A stretch of 64,000 nt of DNA, taken from Candidatus Omnitrophota bacterium (GTDB taxonomy: Bacteria > Omnitrophota > Gorgyraeia > Duberdicusellales > 4484-171). Both the position numbers and the translations under genes were made by a program. The stretch is from positions 4,606-68,605 of the forward strand of contig WJJJ01000011.1 in NCBI GenBank assembly GCA_014729775.1. The letters run 5' to 3'. This document shows, one piece after another, positions 31,623 to 41,464 of the stretch. The stretch's first letter is position 1; each line of letters begins with the position of its first letter. A model generated the notes under the pieces. That model was given only the letters and a program-made list of their open reading frames with translations. It was not told the origin of the DNA and did no database searches.

Positions 31623-33890
31623 GTGAGAAAATCAGTCATATCGGCTTTTATTCTCTGCGCCGTACTTGCCGGCGCGTTCTTCTGGATCTATCCTTCTCTT
31701 CCTTTTTCCGGGTGCGCCTTTTTTGATGACACTGCCCTGCAATTATATGGCATTATCTCGCGCGCCCAGCCTCCGGACCGTATCATAGTGGTGGAAATCA
31801 CCGAGGAGGACACGCGGCGGCTTAAACAGCAGTGGCCTTTTTCCCGGGCACTCTTCGCGCGCGCATTTCGTAATTTGGCCGAAAGCGAAGCCAGGGTGAT
31901 TGGCGCGGATATCCTTTTCGCCGGAAGGATGACCGATCCGGCGGCCGACCGCGCCCTGAAAGAAACCTTACAGGCGCTCAACGTGCCGGTCATATTCGCC
32001 GCGGCGCAGGGACCGGGCGGGCATCCGGTGCTTCCGGCGGCGCAACTGCGCGAGTTGGTCACGATCGGGTACGCTAATGTACCGCGCGATCGCGACGGAG
32101 TGGTGAGACGGGCACGGATGGCATGGCCGGACCGGGAAACGCCGCGTTTTTCTTTTCCGGCGCGGGTTGCCGAAGCCTACACACAGAAAAAGCTCACCTA
32201 TGTAAACGACTCCCTGAGGATTGGAAATGACCCCATCGCGACGCAGCCAGACGGCACGCTCACTTTTCATTCAATTCATCCCCCCCGAAAATTTACGCGT
32301 TATTCCTTCACTGATATCGTGCACAACTCTTTTCCCGCCGCAGAGATAGGCGGTTCAATCGTCCTGATCGGAACGACCATGGAACTTACCCACGACCGGC
32401 ACCGCACCGCTTTCGGGGAAATGCCCGGTGTCTACGTGCACGCGAATATCGTACACAGTCTGCTCACCCGACGCACGGGAGTTCCTCTGCCGGTCGCGGT
32501 CCAGGCGGTGCTCGCCGCGGGACTTATTCTCGGCGTCTGGATACTGACCGTACGCGCCCCGCTGCTCCCGGCGGTACTGTTATCCTGCGGTTTATTCTTG
32601 CTTGTGGTATGGATGGATGCCGCCCTTCTTTTTCTGGGAAAGGAAATACCGTCAGGGAGGATACTTTTCAGCGGAGCGTTGTTTTTATGCGGCGCCGGCA
32701 TGTATTCTTCCTTCCGGTTCAAACGGCAGCTCTCCCGGATAAAGAACAACCTGACCCGGGATCCGCTTACCAAACTTTCCACCCCGCGGTTCTTCTACGA
32801 CCGGATACGCCTGGAACTGAAACAAGTTCCCCGGCGCGTGCCGCGGGTGATCGTCGTTTACCTCAAAGGAATGGAGGAAGCGATGGAGCAAAAGGATTAT
32901 CCTGAGGTTACGCATTTCTGGCGGCATTTCGCCGAATTTCTCTATCAGCAAGGACCGGTATGGACTTTGTACCACCGTGAATTTCTGTTAGGCATGTCCG
33001 CGCGGGGATTATCGGCGCAATGGTACTGCCGCCGGCTCGCGCATTTCACCGAAGATTTTTTTCCCGTACGGGTGACGGCGGCAGAAATTCACGCGGCCCC
33101 GGACCTCGCCCTGCCCGAAACGGTCATGGCATGCGCCGATGCACTGAAAGAATTCAAGGGAACGGTACTGCCTCCTGAGCACACCCCGCATGTCACGGGG
33201 GGCGGCGAACGCGGTTCGTCCGATGGATTAACCCCATTTTTCCAGGAAACCGAGCAAAAAAATCGCGCACTTCTGCAGTCCATTGAACAGCTGAAGCGCC
33301 AGGAACAAAAAAACCGCGAAGCGTTCCTGCAGGTAATCACCTCGCTGATCGCCGCCCTTGAAGCCAAAGATCCCTACACCGAAGGACACTCTCAGCGGGT
33401 TGCCAAGTATTCGCTCCTGCTCGCCGAAAAAATGCACTTGAGCAGAGAAGAAGAACAATTTCTCCGGCGGGCCGCGCTTCTGCATGATTTAGGAAAAATC
33501 GGGATCCCGGACACGATCCTGCACAAAAGAGGAGCATTGAGCGAAGAGGAATTTGCGCAGATCCGCACCCACGGAAACGTCGGGGTCCAAATTCTCAAGG
33601 TCATCCGGGAATTCGAGAATATCCTTCCCCTCATTCAATATCACCATGAAAACTACGACGGGTCCGGATATCCGCACGGATTAAGCCAGCATCTGATACC
33701 CCGGGGCGCCCGGATCATCGCCGTCGCCGACGTATTCGACGCCCTGACCACCGGCAGGTCCTATAAAAAGGCGTTCACCGTCGAGGAAACGGTCGAAGAA
33801 CTCCGCCGGATGAAGGGAAAACGCCTCGACCCGGAACTGGTCGAGTACTTTATCGAAGCCCTGCGGGAACACGACCTCTACCGTGAATAA
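31623..33890 (+). CDS. CHASE2-sensor membrane protein with degenerate GGDEF and HD-GYP phosphodiesterase domains
   Basis: 755 aa with a periplasmic CHASE2-like region and TM helices. A GGDEF-like start RDPLTKLSTPRFFYDRI is present but the signature reads HREF rather than GG(D/E)EF. The C-terminal HD-GYP carries HSQRVA...HDLGKIGIP...YHHENYDGSGYP. Confidence 0.65.
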   Translation: MRKSVISAFILCAVLAGAFFWIYPSLPFSGCAFFDDTALQLYGIISRAQPPDRIIVVEITEEDTRRLKQQWPFSRALFARAFRNLAESEARVIGADILFAGRMTDPAADRALKETLQALNVPVIFAAAQGPGGHPVLPAAQLRELVTIGYANVPRDRDGVVRRARMAWPDRETPRFSFPARVAEAYTQKKLTYVNDSLRIGNDPIATQPDGTLTFHSIHPPRKFTRYSFTDIVHNSFPAAEIGGSIVLIGTTMELTHDRHRTAFGEMPGVYVHANIVHSLLTRRTGVPLPVAVQAVLAAGLILGVWILTVRAPLLPAVLLSCGLFLLVVWMDAALLFLGKEIPSGRILFSGALFLCGAGMYSSFRFKRQLSRIKNNLTRDPLTKLSTPRFFYDRIRLELKQVPRRVPRVIVVYLKGMEEAMEQKDYPEVTHFWRHFAEFLYQQGPVWTLYHREFLLGMSARGLSAQWYCRRLAHFTEDFFPVRVTAAEIHAAPDLALPETVMACADALKEFKGTVLPPEHTPHVTGGGERGSSDGLTPFFQETEQKNRALLQSIEQLKRQEQKNREAFLQVITSLIAALEAKDPYTEGHSQRVAKYSLLLAEKMHLSREEEQFLRRAALLHDLGKIGIPDTILHKRGALSEEEFAQIRTHGNVGVQILKVIREFENILPLIQYHHENYDGSGYPHGLSQHLIPRGARIIAVADVFDALTTGRSYKKAFTVEETVEELRRMKGKRLDPELVEYFIEALREHDLYRE

Positions 33891-33923
33891 AGGGATCGCG
33901 GGGCGAAACGGTGCCGAAAAAGC

Positions 33924-33952
33924 TTGCCTGGAAGATACTCTCCTGTTATAAT
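33924..33952 (+). promoter_or_regulatory. Sigma70-like promoter (TTGCCT-17-TATAAT) upstream of the tRNA-Met/tRNA-Val pair
   Basis: The -35 TTGCCT lies at 33924-33929 and the -10 consensus TATAAT at 33947-33952, separated by an exact 17-nt spacer. A structured leader of about 96 nt precedes tRNA-Met. Confidence 0.45.
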
Positions 33953-34054
33953 TGTACATTCTTGATGCGTGCGATTATACCCAACGATCCGGTCCGCGGA
34001 TCTTTGGAAGACAGCCGGTACTCGGGAGAATCGGAAAAGGAACTGTTTCCTTAC

Positions 34055-34128
34055 GGGCCCGTAGCTCAGTCGGTCAGAGCAGTTGACTCATAATCAATTG
34101 GTCGTAGGTTCGAGTCCTACCGGGCCCA
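34055..34128 (+). tRNA. tRNA-Met (anticodon CAT), elongator type (or tRNA-Ile2 if lysidinylated)
   Basis: The cloverleaf has acceptor GGGCCCG/CGGGCCC, anticodon stem GTTGA/TCAAT with loop CTCATAA (U33, CAT, A37) and T arm GTAGG-TTCGAGT-CCTAC. G1:C72 and the absence of three G:C pairs in the anticodon stem argue against an initiator. Confidence 0.8.
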
Positions 34129-34228
34129 CTGATCATTACCGGAACGACAGATCTTTGAATAGACAGGCGCGGGCGTCATCGGGGAAGCCGGGCGTCCCGT
34201 CATCACCCACAACTAATGATGAAAAATC

Positions 34229-34302
34229 GGGCGATTAGCTCAGTTGGTGAGAGCGCTACGCTCACATCGTAGAGGTCACAGGTTCGAATCCTGTATCGCC
34301 CA
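34229..34302 (+). tRNA. tRNA-Val (anticodon CAC)
   Basis: The cloverleaf has acceptor GGGCGAT/ATCGCCC, anticodon stem CTACG/CGTAG with loop CTCACAT (U33, CAC, A37) and T arm ACAGG-TTCGAAT-CCTGT. Confidence 0.8.
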
Positions 34303-34339
34303 TGTATTTATTATCCGCGTAGCAAAGAAAGCGAGCAGC

Positions 34340-35065
34340 ATGAAATTAAAGGACGAAATCCGCAAGTTGGTTCAGCTTCAGGAGTTCGATGAGCAGATAT
34401 TTCGCTTAAAAGAGGAAAAGGAACAGCACATCCCGGCACAGATCGCCGCGTTGAAGCACCAATTTGAGGAAAGGAAAGAATCTCTTTCTTACTGGGAAAA
34501 CGCGCTCAAAGAAGAGCAGGTGCAAAAGAAAAACAAAGAACTTGATCTTGCCGCAAAAGAAGAAGCAGTGCAGAAGGCACAGGCGCAGTTGTATCAGCTC
34601 AAAACAAACAAAGAATATCAGGCGAAACTCACCGAAATCGCGTCGCTGAAAGCGGACGCCTCGCTCATTGAAGAAGAAATACTGAAAGTACTCGAAAAAG
34701 TTGAAGAAGCTGAGCGGCAGCGCGCGGAAGAAAAACAAAAGCTTGAACAGGAAGAAAAAAAATTCCAGCAAAGCGAACAGGAACTAAAGAACCGCGGCAA
34801 GGATATCGACGCCCGCATCAGCGGTTTGTCCGGGAAAAGGGAAGAGCTCGCCAAAGACATCGACAAAAAGCTTCTTTCCCGGTATGAAAGACTTCTTTCC
34901 GTAGGGCAGGGCAGAGCCCTGGCGCCGATACAGGGGGACAGCTGCGGCGCCTGCTACATGCGGGTGACCCACCAAACGATCAACGAAGTGCGAATGTACA
35001 AAGATCCGATATCCTGCGAAAGCTGTATGCGTATTCTGTACATTCCCGATGATATGGAGCAATGA
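34340..35065 (+). CDS. COG1579-type coiled-coil protein with C-terminal C4 zinc ribbon
   Basis: The start MKLKDEIRKLVQLQEFDEQI is preferred because the track start 34244 overlaps tRNA-Val. It has a long K/E-rich coiled coil ending in CGACYMRV...CESCMRILY. Confidence 0.6.
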   Translation: MKLKDEIRKLVQLQEFDEQIFRLKEEKEQHIPAQIAALKHQFEERKESLSYWENALKEEQVQKKNKELDLAAKEEAVQKAQAQLYQLKTNKEYQAKLTEIASLKADASLIEEEILKVLEKVEEAERQRAEEKQKLEQEEKKFQQSEQELKNRGKDIDARISGLSGKREELAKDIDKKLLSRYERLLSVGQGRALAPIQGDSCGACYMRVTHQTINEVRMYKDPISCESCMRILYIPDDMEQ

Positions 35066-35460
35066 CCACGATACACATAGACGGGGCTTCGCTCGGAAAC
35101 CCCGGAAAAATCGGGATCGGATACGTCATCTCCCGCGCGGGAACACAGGAGAAGAGAGCGAGCGTCTTTCTCGGAGAACAAACGAACAATTTCGCCGAAT
35201 ATATGGCGTTAATCTTCGCCCTCACGGACGCGCTTCGATGGAAAGACGAAGAATGCCGGATTTTTTCGGATAGTCAACTGCTCTGCGAACAGATCAAAGG
35301 CAATTATAAAGTGCGCAATAAAAATATCTATCCGCTTTACGTGCTAGCCATGCATCTTTTATCCCAGTTCACGCAACCGGTGAGCCTTACTCACGTACGG
35401 CGCGAAAAAAACACAATAGCGGATCGGCTGGCGAAAGAAGGAGCTGCCCACCGCGGATAA
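35062..35460 (+). CDS. rnhA: Ribonuclease HI
   Basis: 132 aa with IHIDGASLGNPGKIG, NNFAEYMAL, SDSQLL and NTIADRLAKEG, covering the catalytic D, E and D residues. Confidence 0.8.
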   Translation: MTTIHIDGASLGNPGKIGIGYVISRAGTQEKRASVFLGEQTNNFAEYMALIFALTDALRWKDEECRIFSDSQLLCEQIKGNYKVRNKNIYPLYVLAMHLLSQFTQPVSLTHVRREKNTIADRLAKEGAAHRG

Positions 35461-35502
35461 AGAATCAATGAATAGGAAAATAAAGAAAAAGGGGGGTACC
35501 AT

Positions 35503-36258
35503 ATGAGCGGACATTCGAAATGGGCAAGTATTAAGCATAAAAAAGGAGCGGCAGACGCCAAGCGGGGACGTCTCTTTACCAAATTGATACGTGAAATTAC
35601 GGTCGCGGCGAAAAACGGCGGGGGGAATCCCGATACTAATCCCAGTCTGCGGACGGCGATCAACCGCGCCAACAGCGCGAACATGCCCAAAGATAACATC
35701 GAAAAGGCAATTAAAAAAGGAACCGGTGAGCTTCCCGGAGTATCCTATGAGAGCTGCGTGTTTGAAGGCTACGGGCCCGGCGGTGTCGCGATCCTGGTAG
35801 AAGCGCTTACCGATAACAAGAACAGATCAACCGCCGAGATACGCAATATATTCTCCAAGAAAAACGGCAACATGGCCGGGAGCGGAAGCGTGTCCTGGAT
35901 TTTCACCCCGAAAGGATTCATCCTTATCGATAAAGAAAAAATCGGGGAAGAAGATCTGTTTGCGGTAAGCGTGGATGCCGGAGCAGAAGATATTAAGTCG
36001 ACCGAAAAAAATTACGAAGTGTACAGCGATCCGAAAGACTTCGAAAATGTAAAGAACGCTCTCCAGAAAAAAGAAATCGAATGGGAAGATGCCGATCTCA
36101 CTATGATCCCGAATTCCACGATAAAATTATCGGGCGCGGACGCGAAACAGTGTTTGGCGCTGGTAGAAGCGCTTGAAGATCACGATGACGTCCAGAAAGT
36201 ACACGCAAATTTCGATATCCCGGAAGACATTCTGGAAAAAATGGCGCAGGAAATGTAA
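35503..36258 (+). CDS. yebC: YebC/PmpR family DNA-binding regulator
   Basis: 251 aa beginning MSGHSKWASIKHKKGAADAKRGRLFTKL, the family signature. Confidence 0.9.
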   Translation: MSGHSKWASIKHKKGAADAKRGRLFTKLIREITVAAKNGGGNPDTNPSLRTAINRANSANMPKDNIEKAIKKGTGELPGVSYESCVFEGYGPGGVAILVEALTDNKNRSTAEIRNIFSKKNGNMAGSGSVSWIFTPKGFILIDKEKIGEEDLFAVSVDAGAEDIKSTEKNYEVYSDPKDFENVKNALQKKEIEWEDADLTMIPNSTIKLSGADAKQCLALVEALEDHDDVQKVHANFDIPEDILEKMAQEM

Positions 36259-36287
36259 CCTACGCGCAAAAGGAACGGACGAAATCG

Positions 36288-36812
36288 ATGATTGTACTGG
36301 GAATAGATGTCGGATTACAGGTATGCGGATTCTGTATCGCGAAAATTGCCGCCTCGCAAATTCAACTGCTCATCGATGAAGATATCGTCCCCGCTGCAGG
36401 CAACAGTTTACCGGAAAAACTCAACTACATTTACGATTCTCTCAAACGCAGTATCGACCGGTATCATCCCGGAGTGATGGTCGTGGAAAAATTGTACTCC
36501 CACTACCGGCACCCGGCGACTCTGGGAAAACTGGCGCAGGTCCGCGGCGTATGCGCGCTCCTGGCGCAGCATGAGAGACTTGATTTTCACGAATATTCTC
36601 CGACCCGTGTCCGGAAAGCATTTCTGGGCCGGGGGAGCGTCGATTCCGAACGGGTAAAACGGATGGCGGAAAGCATGTCCGGCCGCGCGCTGTGTTCGGT
36701 GCACGCCGCCGATGCGTTTTCGCTGATCGTCGCGTTTTCCCATGAATATCGAAAAAAGAATATCAGAAGCAGTGTCTATGATTTCTCGCATACGAGGAAC
36801 CCTCACACATAA
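36288..36812 (+). CDS. ruvC: Holliday junction resolvase RuvC
   Basis: 174 aa with VLGIDVGLQVCGF, VVEKLY and HAADAFS (catalytic acidic residues). The C-terminal 25 aa overlap the ruvA start. Confidence 0.75.
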   Translation: MIVLGIDVGLQVCGFCIAKIAASQIQLLIDEDIVPAAGNSLPEKLNYIYDSLKRSIDRYHPGVMVVEKLYSHYRHPATLGKLAQVRGVCALLAQHERLDFHEYSPTRVRKAFLGRGSVDSERVKRMAESMSGRALCSVHAADAFSLIVAFSHEYRKKNIRSSVYDFSHTRNPHT

Positions 36813-37389
36813 AAGCGAGTCGTCCGTGGTGGTAGAAATCGCCGGAATCTCCTACACGATATTGATCCCGGCCACGCTCTATCCGCGGCTTCCGGAACCC
36901 GGTACCGGTCACACGGAATTGATCACGTATCATTATCACCGCATGGGAAAACAACGGTCTTACCCGGTGTTAATCGGTTTCTGCGACGAGTTGGAAAAGG
37001 AATTTTTTGAAAAATTCATCGGGGTTTCCGGTATCGGTCCCAAAGCCGCACTCCGGGCGTTTGATAAGCCGGTATCCTTTATCGCCCGTGCGATCGAAGA
37101 AGGCAACGTCTCGGCGCTGAAAACGCTGGCCGGGATAGGAACGCAGAAAGCGAAACAAATCGTCGCGCACCTTCAGGGGAAAGTCGGGCGATTCGCGCTG
37201 ATCAAGGGAGAAGAATACCGGAAAGACAAGATCAAACAGGAAATACTCGATGAGGCCCGTGAAATTCTCAAACGGCTGCAGTACGGCAGCAGGGAAGCGG
37301 AAGATATGGTCCGCAAAGCAAAAGAAATCCGAACCGATTACGAGAACGTCGAGGAACTCCTCAACGAAATATACCGGCAGCGGAAATAG
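36778..37389 (+). CDS. ruvA: Holliday junction branch-migration protein RuvA
   Basis: The start MISRIRGTLTH is preferred, and the protein has an OB domain plus HhH motifs (GVSGIGPKAALRA, LAGIGTQKAKQIV). No ruvB follows. Confidence 0.8.
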   Translation: MISRIRGTLTHKSESSVVVEIAGISYTILIPATLYPRLPEPGTGHTELITYHYHRMGKQRSYPVLIGFCDELEKEFFEKFIGVSGIGPKAALRAFDKPVSFIARAIEEGNVSALKTLAGIGTQKAKQIVAHLQGKVGRFALIKGEEYRKDKIKQEILDEAREILKRLQYGSREAEDMVRKAKEIRTDYENVEELLNEIYRQRK

Positions 37390-37418
37390 TCTGTAGACAG
37401 CGGTTTTCAGGAGGAACA

Positions 37419-38087
37419 ATGAACGTAAAATCGATAATTGAGAGTCTTCTGTTAATTAACGAAAAACCGATCGCGCTGAACGAACTCAACAAGGTAATCG
37501 ACACCGAAAAACCGGAGCTTGAAACGGCGCTTGAAGAATTAGCCGGGGAGTACGACCGGAGAAAATCGGGCATTTGCATCGTCAAGGTCGCCGGCGGTTA
37601 CCAGATGTGCTCCCGGCCGGAAAACGATCCCTGGCTGAAAAAAATGTTCCGTGAACGCGGAAAGCAGAAACTTTCCACCGCTGCCCTGGAAACGCTGGCA
37701 ATTATCGCGTACAAACAGCCGATTACCAGGATGGAGATCGAAGCGATCCGGGGAGTGAATATCGACGGAGTAGTACGCCACCTGTTCAATCTGGGATTGG
37801 TAAAGACAAGCGGCCGCAAAGAAGTGGTGGGACGTCCCTTTCTTTACGTCACCACAAGAAAATTCCTTGAGTACTTCGGCCTCAATTCACTCCGTGATCT
37901 GCCCAAGCTGGAAGAATTCGCTTCCCTGGCGGAAAGCGACAGCATCGTACAGGAAATGGTCCAGCAAAACGAAGAAGAGACGCCCGGTGAAGAAGCACGG
38001 TCAGAGCCTTCCTCTCCGGAACCGGTAGCGGTACCGGAATCAGAACAATCGAATGAAAAGGACACTCACAAAAAGGAGGATAAATGA
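37419..38087 (+). CDS. scpB: Segregation and condensation protein B
   Basis: 222 aa with two wHTH regions ([18 protein letters not shown]; [23 protein letters not shown]) and an acidic tail. Confidence 0.85.
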   Translation: MNVKSIIESLLLINEKPIALNELNKVIDTEKPELETALEELAGEYDRRKSGICIVKVAGGYQMCSRPENDPWLKKMFRERGKQKLSTAALETLAIIAYKQPITRMEIEAIRGVNIDGVVRHLFNLGLVKTSGRKEVVGRPFLYVTTRKFLEYFGLNSLRDLPKLEEFASLAESDSIVQEMVQQNEEETPGEEARSEPSSPEPVAVPESEQSNEKDTHKKEDK

Positions 38088-39220
38088 ACAGCGTTTTTGC
38101 TTCCGAGTCAGTTACAGAAGGACATCCCGATAAGGTCTGCGATCAGATCTCCGACGCCGTGCTGGACGCGGTACTCGCCTCCGATACCAAAGGACGCGTG
38201 GCCTGCGAAGCACTGGTAACCCGCGGATTCGTGATGGTCGCCGGGGAAATCACGACGAAATGTTACGTCAATATCCCTAAACTCGTAAGAAGTCTTATCC
38301 AGGAAATCGGTTACGACGATCCGTCAATGGGATTCGATTATGAAAGCGCCGGCGTCGTCACCGCCATACAGGAACAATCCTCTGATATCGCGCTGGGGGT
38401 GGATACCGGGGGAGCCGGGGACCAGGGACATATGTTCGGGTTCGCGATCGACGAAACCCCGGAACTGATGCCGCTGTCGATCATGCTCTCTCACCGTCTG
38501 GTAAGGAGACTGTCGGAACTGCGCCGGAAGAGGATCCTCCGCTATTTACGGCCGGACGGAAAATCACAGGTCGCGATCGAATATAAGGACGGGAAACCTG
38601 CCCGGATCAATGCCGTTATCCTCGGCGCGCATCATTCCCAGGACGTAAAAACGGAAGACCTGCGTCACGATATTCAAAAACTCGTGATTGACCACATTCT
38701 TCCGGAAGAACTAATCGACCGCGACACGAAAATTTTCATCAACGGAACCGGCCGTTTCGAAATCGGCGGTCCGGTATCGGACACGGGCGTTACGGGAAGG
38801 AAAATAATCGTCGATACCTACGGCGGGTACGCGCGGCACGGCGGAGGCGCATTTTCCGGCAAAGATCCGACCAAAGTCGACCGGTCGGCTTCATACATGG
38901 CCCGTTACATCGCCAAAAACATCGTTAAAGCCGGTCTTGCGCGTATGTGCGAAATACAGCTCTCCTACTGTATCGGCGTCGCCGAACCGGTCTCGGTAAA
39001 CGTAAATACGTTCGGCACCGGCAGGGCGGAGGAGGCCAAGATCTCGCGGGCCGTGCGCGAAATTTTTCCTCTCACGCCTGCGGGCATTATCGAAGAACTC
39101 CAGCTGCTGCGGCCGATTTACACAAAGACCGCCGCGTTCGGACATTTCGGCCGGGAAGAGGAAGGGTTTCCCTGGGAAGAAACGAACAAGACCGATGAAC
39201 TGAAACGAGTGATCAAATAA
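38084..39220 (+). CDS. metK: S-adenosylmethionine synthase
   Basis: 378 aa with [31 protein letters not shown] and [16 protein letters not shown]. Confidence 0.95.
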   Translation: MNSVFASESVTEGHPDKVCDQISDAVLDAVLASDTKGRVACEALVTRGFVMVAGEITTKCYVNIPKLVRSLIQEIGYDDPSMGFDYESAGVVTAIQEQSSDIALGVDTGGAGDQGHMFGFAIDETPELMPLSIMLSHRLVRRLSELRRKRILRYLRPDGKSQVAIEYKDGKPARINAVILGAHHSQDVKTEDLRHDIQKLVIDHILPEELIDRDTKIFINGTGRFEIGGPVSDTGVTGRKIIVDTYGGYARHGGGAFSGKDPTKVDRSASYMARYIAKNIVKAGLARMCEIQLSYCIGVAEPVSVNVNTFGTGRAEEAKISRAVREIFPLTPAGIIEELQLLRPIYTKTAAFGHFGREEEGFPWEETNKTDELKRVIK

Positions 39221-39230
39221 AGGAGAAAGC

Positions 39231-40493
39231 GTGAATTTTGATATCGGAAACAAAAAACTGCACACACAAGGGAAAAAACGGATCGAATGGGCTATGCAGA
39301 GAATGCCGGTGCTGGAACTGATCCGTACCCGCTTCCGTAAAGAAAAACCGCTCAAAGGACTCGCGGTCGGTGCCTGTCTTCATGTGACGACCGAAACAGC
39401 CGCCCTGGCAATTACCCTGAAAGCTGCCGGCTGCCGTCCGCTTTTGTGCGCATCAAATCCGTTGTCAACCCAGGATGACGTCGCCGCGTCCCTGGTTCAG
39501 GATTACGGGATCGAGGTATTCGCGGTGAATGGAGAGAATAATACCACCTATTACCATCATATCCGGGAAGTATTAGACGCGGAACCGGAAATCACACTGG
39601 ACGACGGCGCTGATCTTGTTTCGACTATTCACAAAAACGCGTTCGACGAAAAACCGCAAAAGCTTCCCTGGGGCAGCACCGAGGAAACGACCACGGGTGT
39701 GATCCGTCTTAAAGCGCTCGCGCAGGAAGGAAAGCTCCTGTATCCGGTGATCGCGGTCAACGACGCTTTCACCAAGCATCTGTTCGATAATCGATACGGT
39801 ACGGGACAATCAACGATGGACGGAATCCTGCGTTGCACGAATACCCTGATCGCGGGCCGGGTCGTAGTCGTCTGCGGGTATGGCTGGTGCGGAAAAGGCG
39901 TGGCTAATAAAGCGAAAGGGCTCGGTGCGCACGTGATTGTCTGTGAAGTCGATCCGCTCAAGGGACTGGAAGCGGCGATGGACGGTTTTGCCGTCATGCC
40001 GCTGAGTAAAGCCGTTTCACAGGGAGATATATTCGTCACGGTGACCGGAGACGTGAGCGTGCTCACCCAAAAGCACTTTTTAAAGATGAAGTCAAAGGCA
40101 ATGGTCGCGAACGCAGGGCATTTCGACGTCGAGATAGACAAAAAATCTCTCAAGAAGCTTTCGAACCGGGAAAAAGAGATCAAACCGCTCCTGACCGAAT
40201 ACACGTTAAAAAACGGGAAAACCATCTATCTTCTTGCGGAAGGCCGCCTGGTAAATCTTGCCTGCGCGGAGGGTCACCCGGCGGAAGTCATGGACATGAG
40301 TTTCGCCAACCAGGCGCTCAGTGCCGAATTTATCGCCAAGAATCACCGATCCCTGGAAAAAAAGGTACACGGAGTCCCGCCGGCAATCGACAGCCGGGTT
40401 GCGCGTCATAAACTGCGCTCGATGGGCATCCGGATCGACAAATTGACCGCCGAACAGAAAAAATATCTGTCAAGCTGGAAAGAAGGGACCTAA
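39231..40493 (+). CDS. ahcY: Adenosylhomocysteinase
   Basis: 420 aa with an NAD-binding VVVVCGYGWCGKGVA and SAHH-typical CLHVTTETA, adjacent to metK. Confidence 0.9.
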   Translation: MNFDIGNKKLHTQGKKRIEWAMQRMPVLELIRTRFRKEKPLKGLAVGACLHVTTETAALAITLKAAGCRPLLCASNPLSTQDDVAASLVQDYGIEVFAVNGENNTTYYHHIREVLDAEPEITLDDGADLVSTIHKNAFDEKPQKLPWGSTEETTTGVIRLKALAQEGKLLYPVIAVNDAFTKHLFDNRYGTGQSTMDGILRCTNTLIAGRVVVVCGYGWCGKGVANKAKGLGAHVIVCEVDPLKGLEAAMDGFAVMPLSKAVSQGDIFVTVTGDVSVLTQKHFLKMKSKAMVANAGHFDVEIDKKSLKKLSNREKEIKPLLTEYTLKNGKTIYLLAEGRLVNLACAEGHPAEVMDMSFANQALSAEFIAKNHRSLEKKVHGVPPAIDSRVARHKLRSMGIRIDKLTAEQKKYLSSWKEGT

Positions 40494-40494
40494 G

Positions 40495-41451
40495 ATGGGC
40501 AAAAGGATGGGAATCGTGACACGGGACTGTGCCGGAATCAACGCGGCGATCCGGTCAGCGGTGCGCACCGCCTATACGCTGGGCATTGAACCCGTGGGAA
40601 TCTACCGCGAATACAAAGGTTTGATCCACGGAGAATTCACCCCGCTCACGTGGCGGTCGGTAGCCGGGATCATCAATCTCGGCGGAACAATCCTGAAAAG
40701 CGCGCGCTGTGAAGAATTCCGGACGCGTCAGGGACAGGAAAAAGCCCGCGCACAGCTTGCCGAGCAGAGGATTGATTCCCTGCTCGTGATCGGCGGGAAC
40801 GGTTCTCTGACCGGCGCGCATGAATTTTCCCGTAACTTCTCGTTTCCGGTAATGGGAGTACCCGCGACAATCGACAACGACGTCAATCACGTGGAAATGA
40901 CCATCGGCGCCGATACCGCGGTAAACGTCGCACTCGATGCCCTGGATAAGATCCGGGACACTTCCACCAGTCTGGAACGAATTTTCGTAGTCGAGGTCAT
41001 GGGCCGTAACTGCGGATATATCGCCTCCAGAGTGGCATTAGCCGGGGGATGCGAAGACGTATTACTGCCGGAACGCGACTTTGATATCGATAAAATGGCC
41101 GGAGAAATCCTCGAAGGTCATAAAAAGGGAAAAATCAGCTGGATTGTCATCGTCGCGGAGGGAAAAGCCAAAGCTTCCGACATCGCCCGGGAAATTACCC
41201 AGGCGACTGGACTGGAAACGCGAGAAGTGGTGCTGGGCCATATTCAGCGCGGGGGGAAACCGACGGCGTTTGACAGAATCATCGCCGCCAGAATGGCACA
41301 TTATGCAGTTACCCGTTTCGCCCGCGGATTTCAAAACGAGTGCGTCTCGATTCAAAACGGGGAACTGCGCTCAATCGATCTCGAACAGGCAATTCAGCCG
41401 AAAGATATTGACGCCGAAGGATATTATTCACTCATCCGGCTCTTGACCTGA
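40495..41451 (+). CDS. pfkA: 6-phosphofructokinase
   Basis: 318 aa with GIVTRDCAGINAAIR, GGTILKSAR, VIGGNGSL and MGRNCGYIA. Whether it is ATP- or PPi-dependent was not decided. Confidence 0.85.
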   Translation: MGKRMGIVTRDCAGINAAIRSAVRTAYTLGIEPVGIYREYKGLIHGEFTPLTWRSVAGIINLGGTILKSARCEEFRTRQGQEKARAQLAEQRIDSLLVIGGNGSLTGAHEFSRNFSFPVMGVPATIDNDVNHVEMTIGADTAVNVALDALDKIRDTSTSLERIFVVEVMGRNCGYIASRVALAGGCEDVLLPERDFDIDKMAGEILEGHKKGKISWIVIVAEGKAKASDIAREITQATGLETREVVLGHIQRGGKPTAFDRIIAARMAHYAVTRFARGFQNECVSIQNGELRSIDLEQAIQPKDIDAEGYYSLIRLLT

Positions 41452-41464
41452 CACTTGAGGGAAA

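Noticed and set aside
34055-34128. Initiator tRNA-fMet assignment for the CAT tRNA
   Set aside because: Position 1:72 is a Watson-Crick G:C pair and the anticodon stem lacks the three consecutive G:C pairs of bacterial initiators. It is called elongator Met, with tRNA-Ile2 (lysidine) still possible.
34244-34339. N-terminal extension of the COG1579 ORF in the six-frame track
   Set aside because: It would overlap tRNA-Val (34229-34302). The real start is the ATG at 34340 (MKLKDEIRK...).
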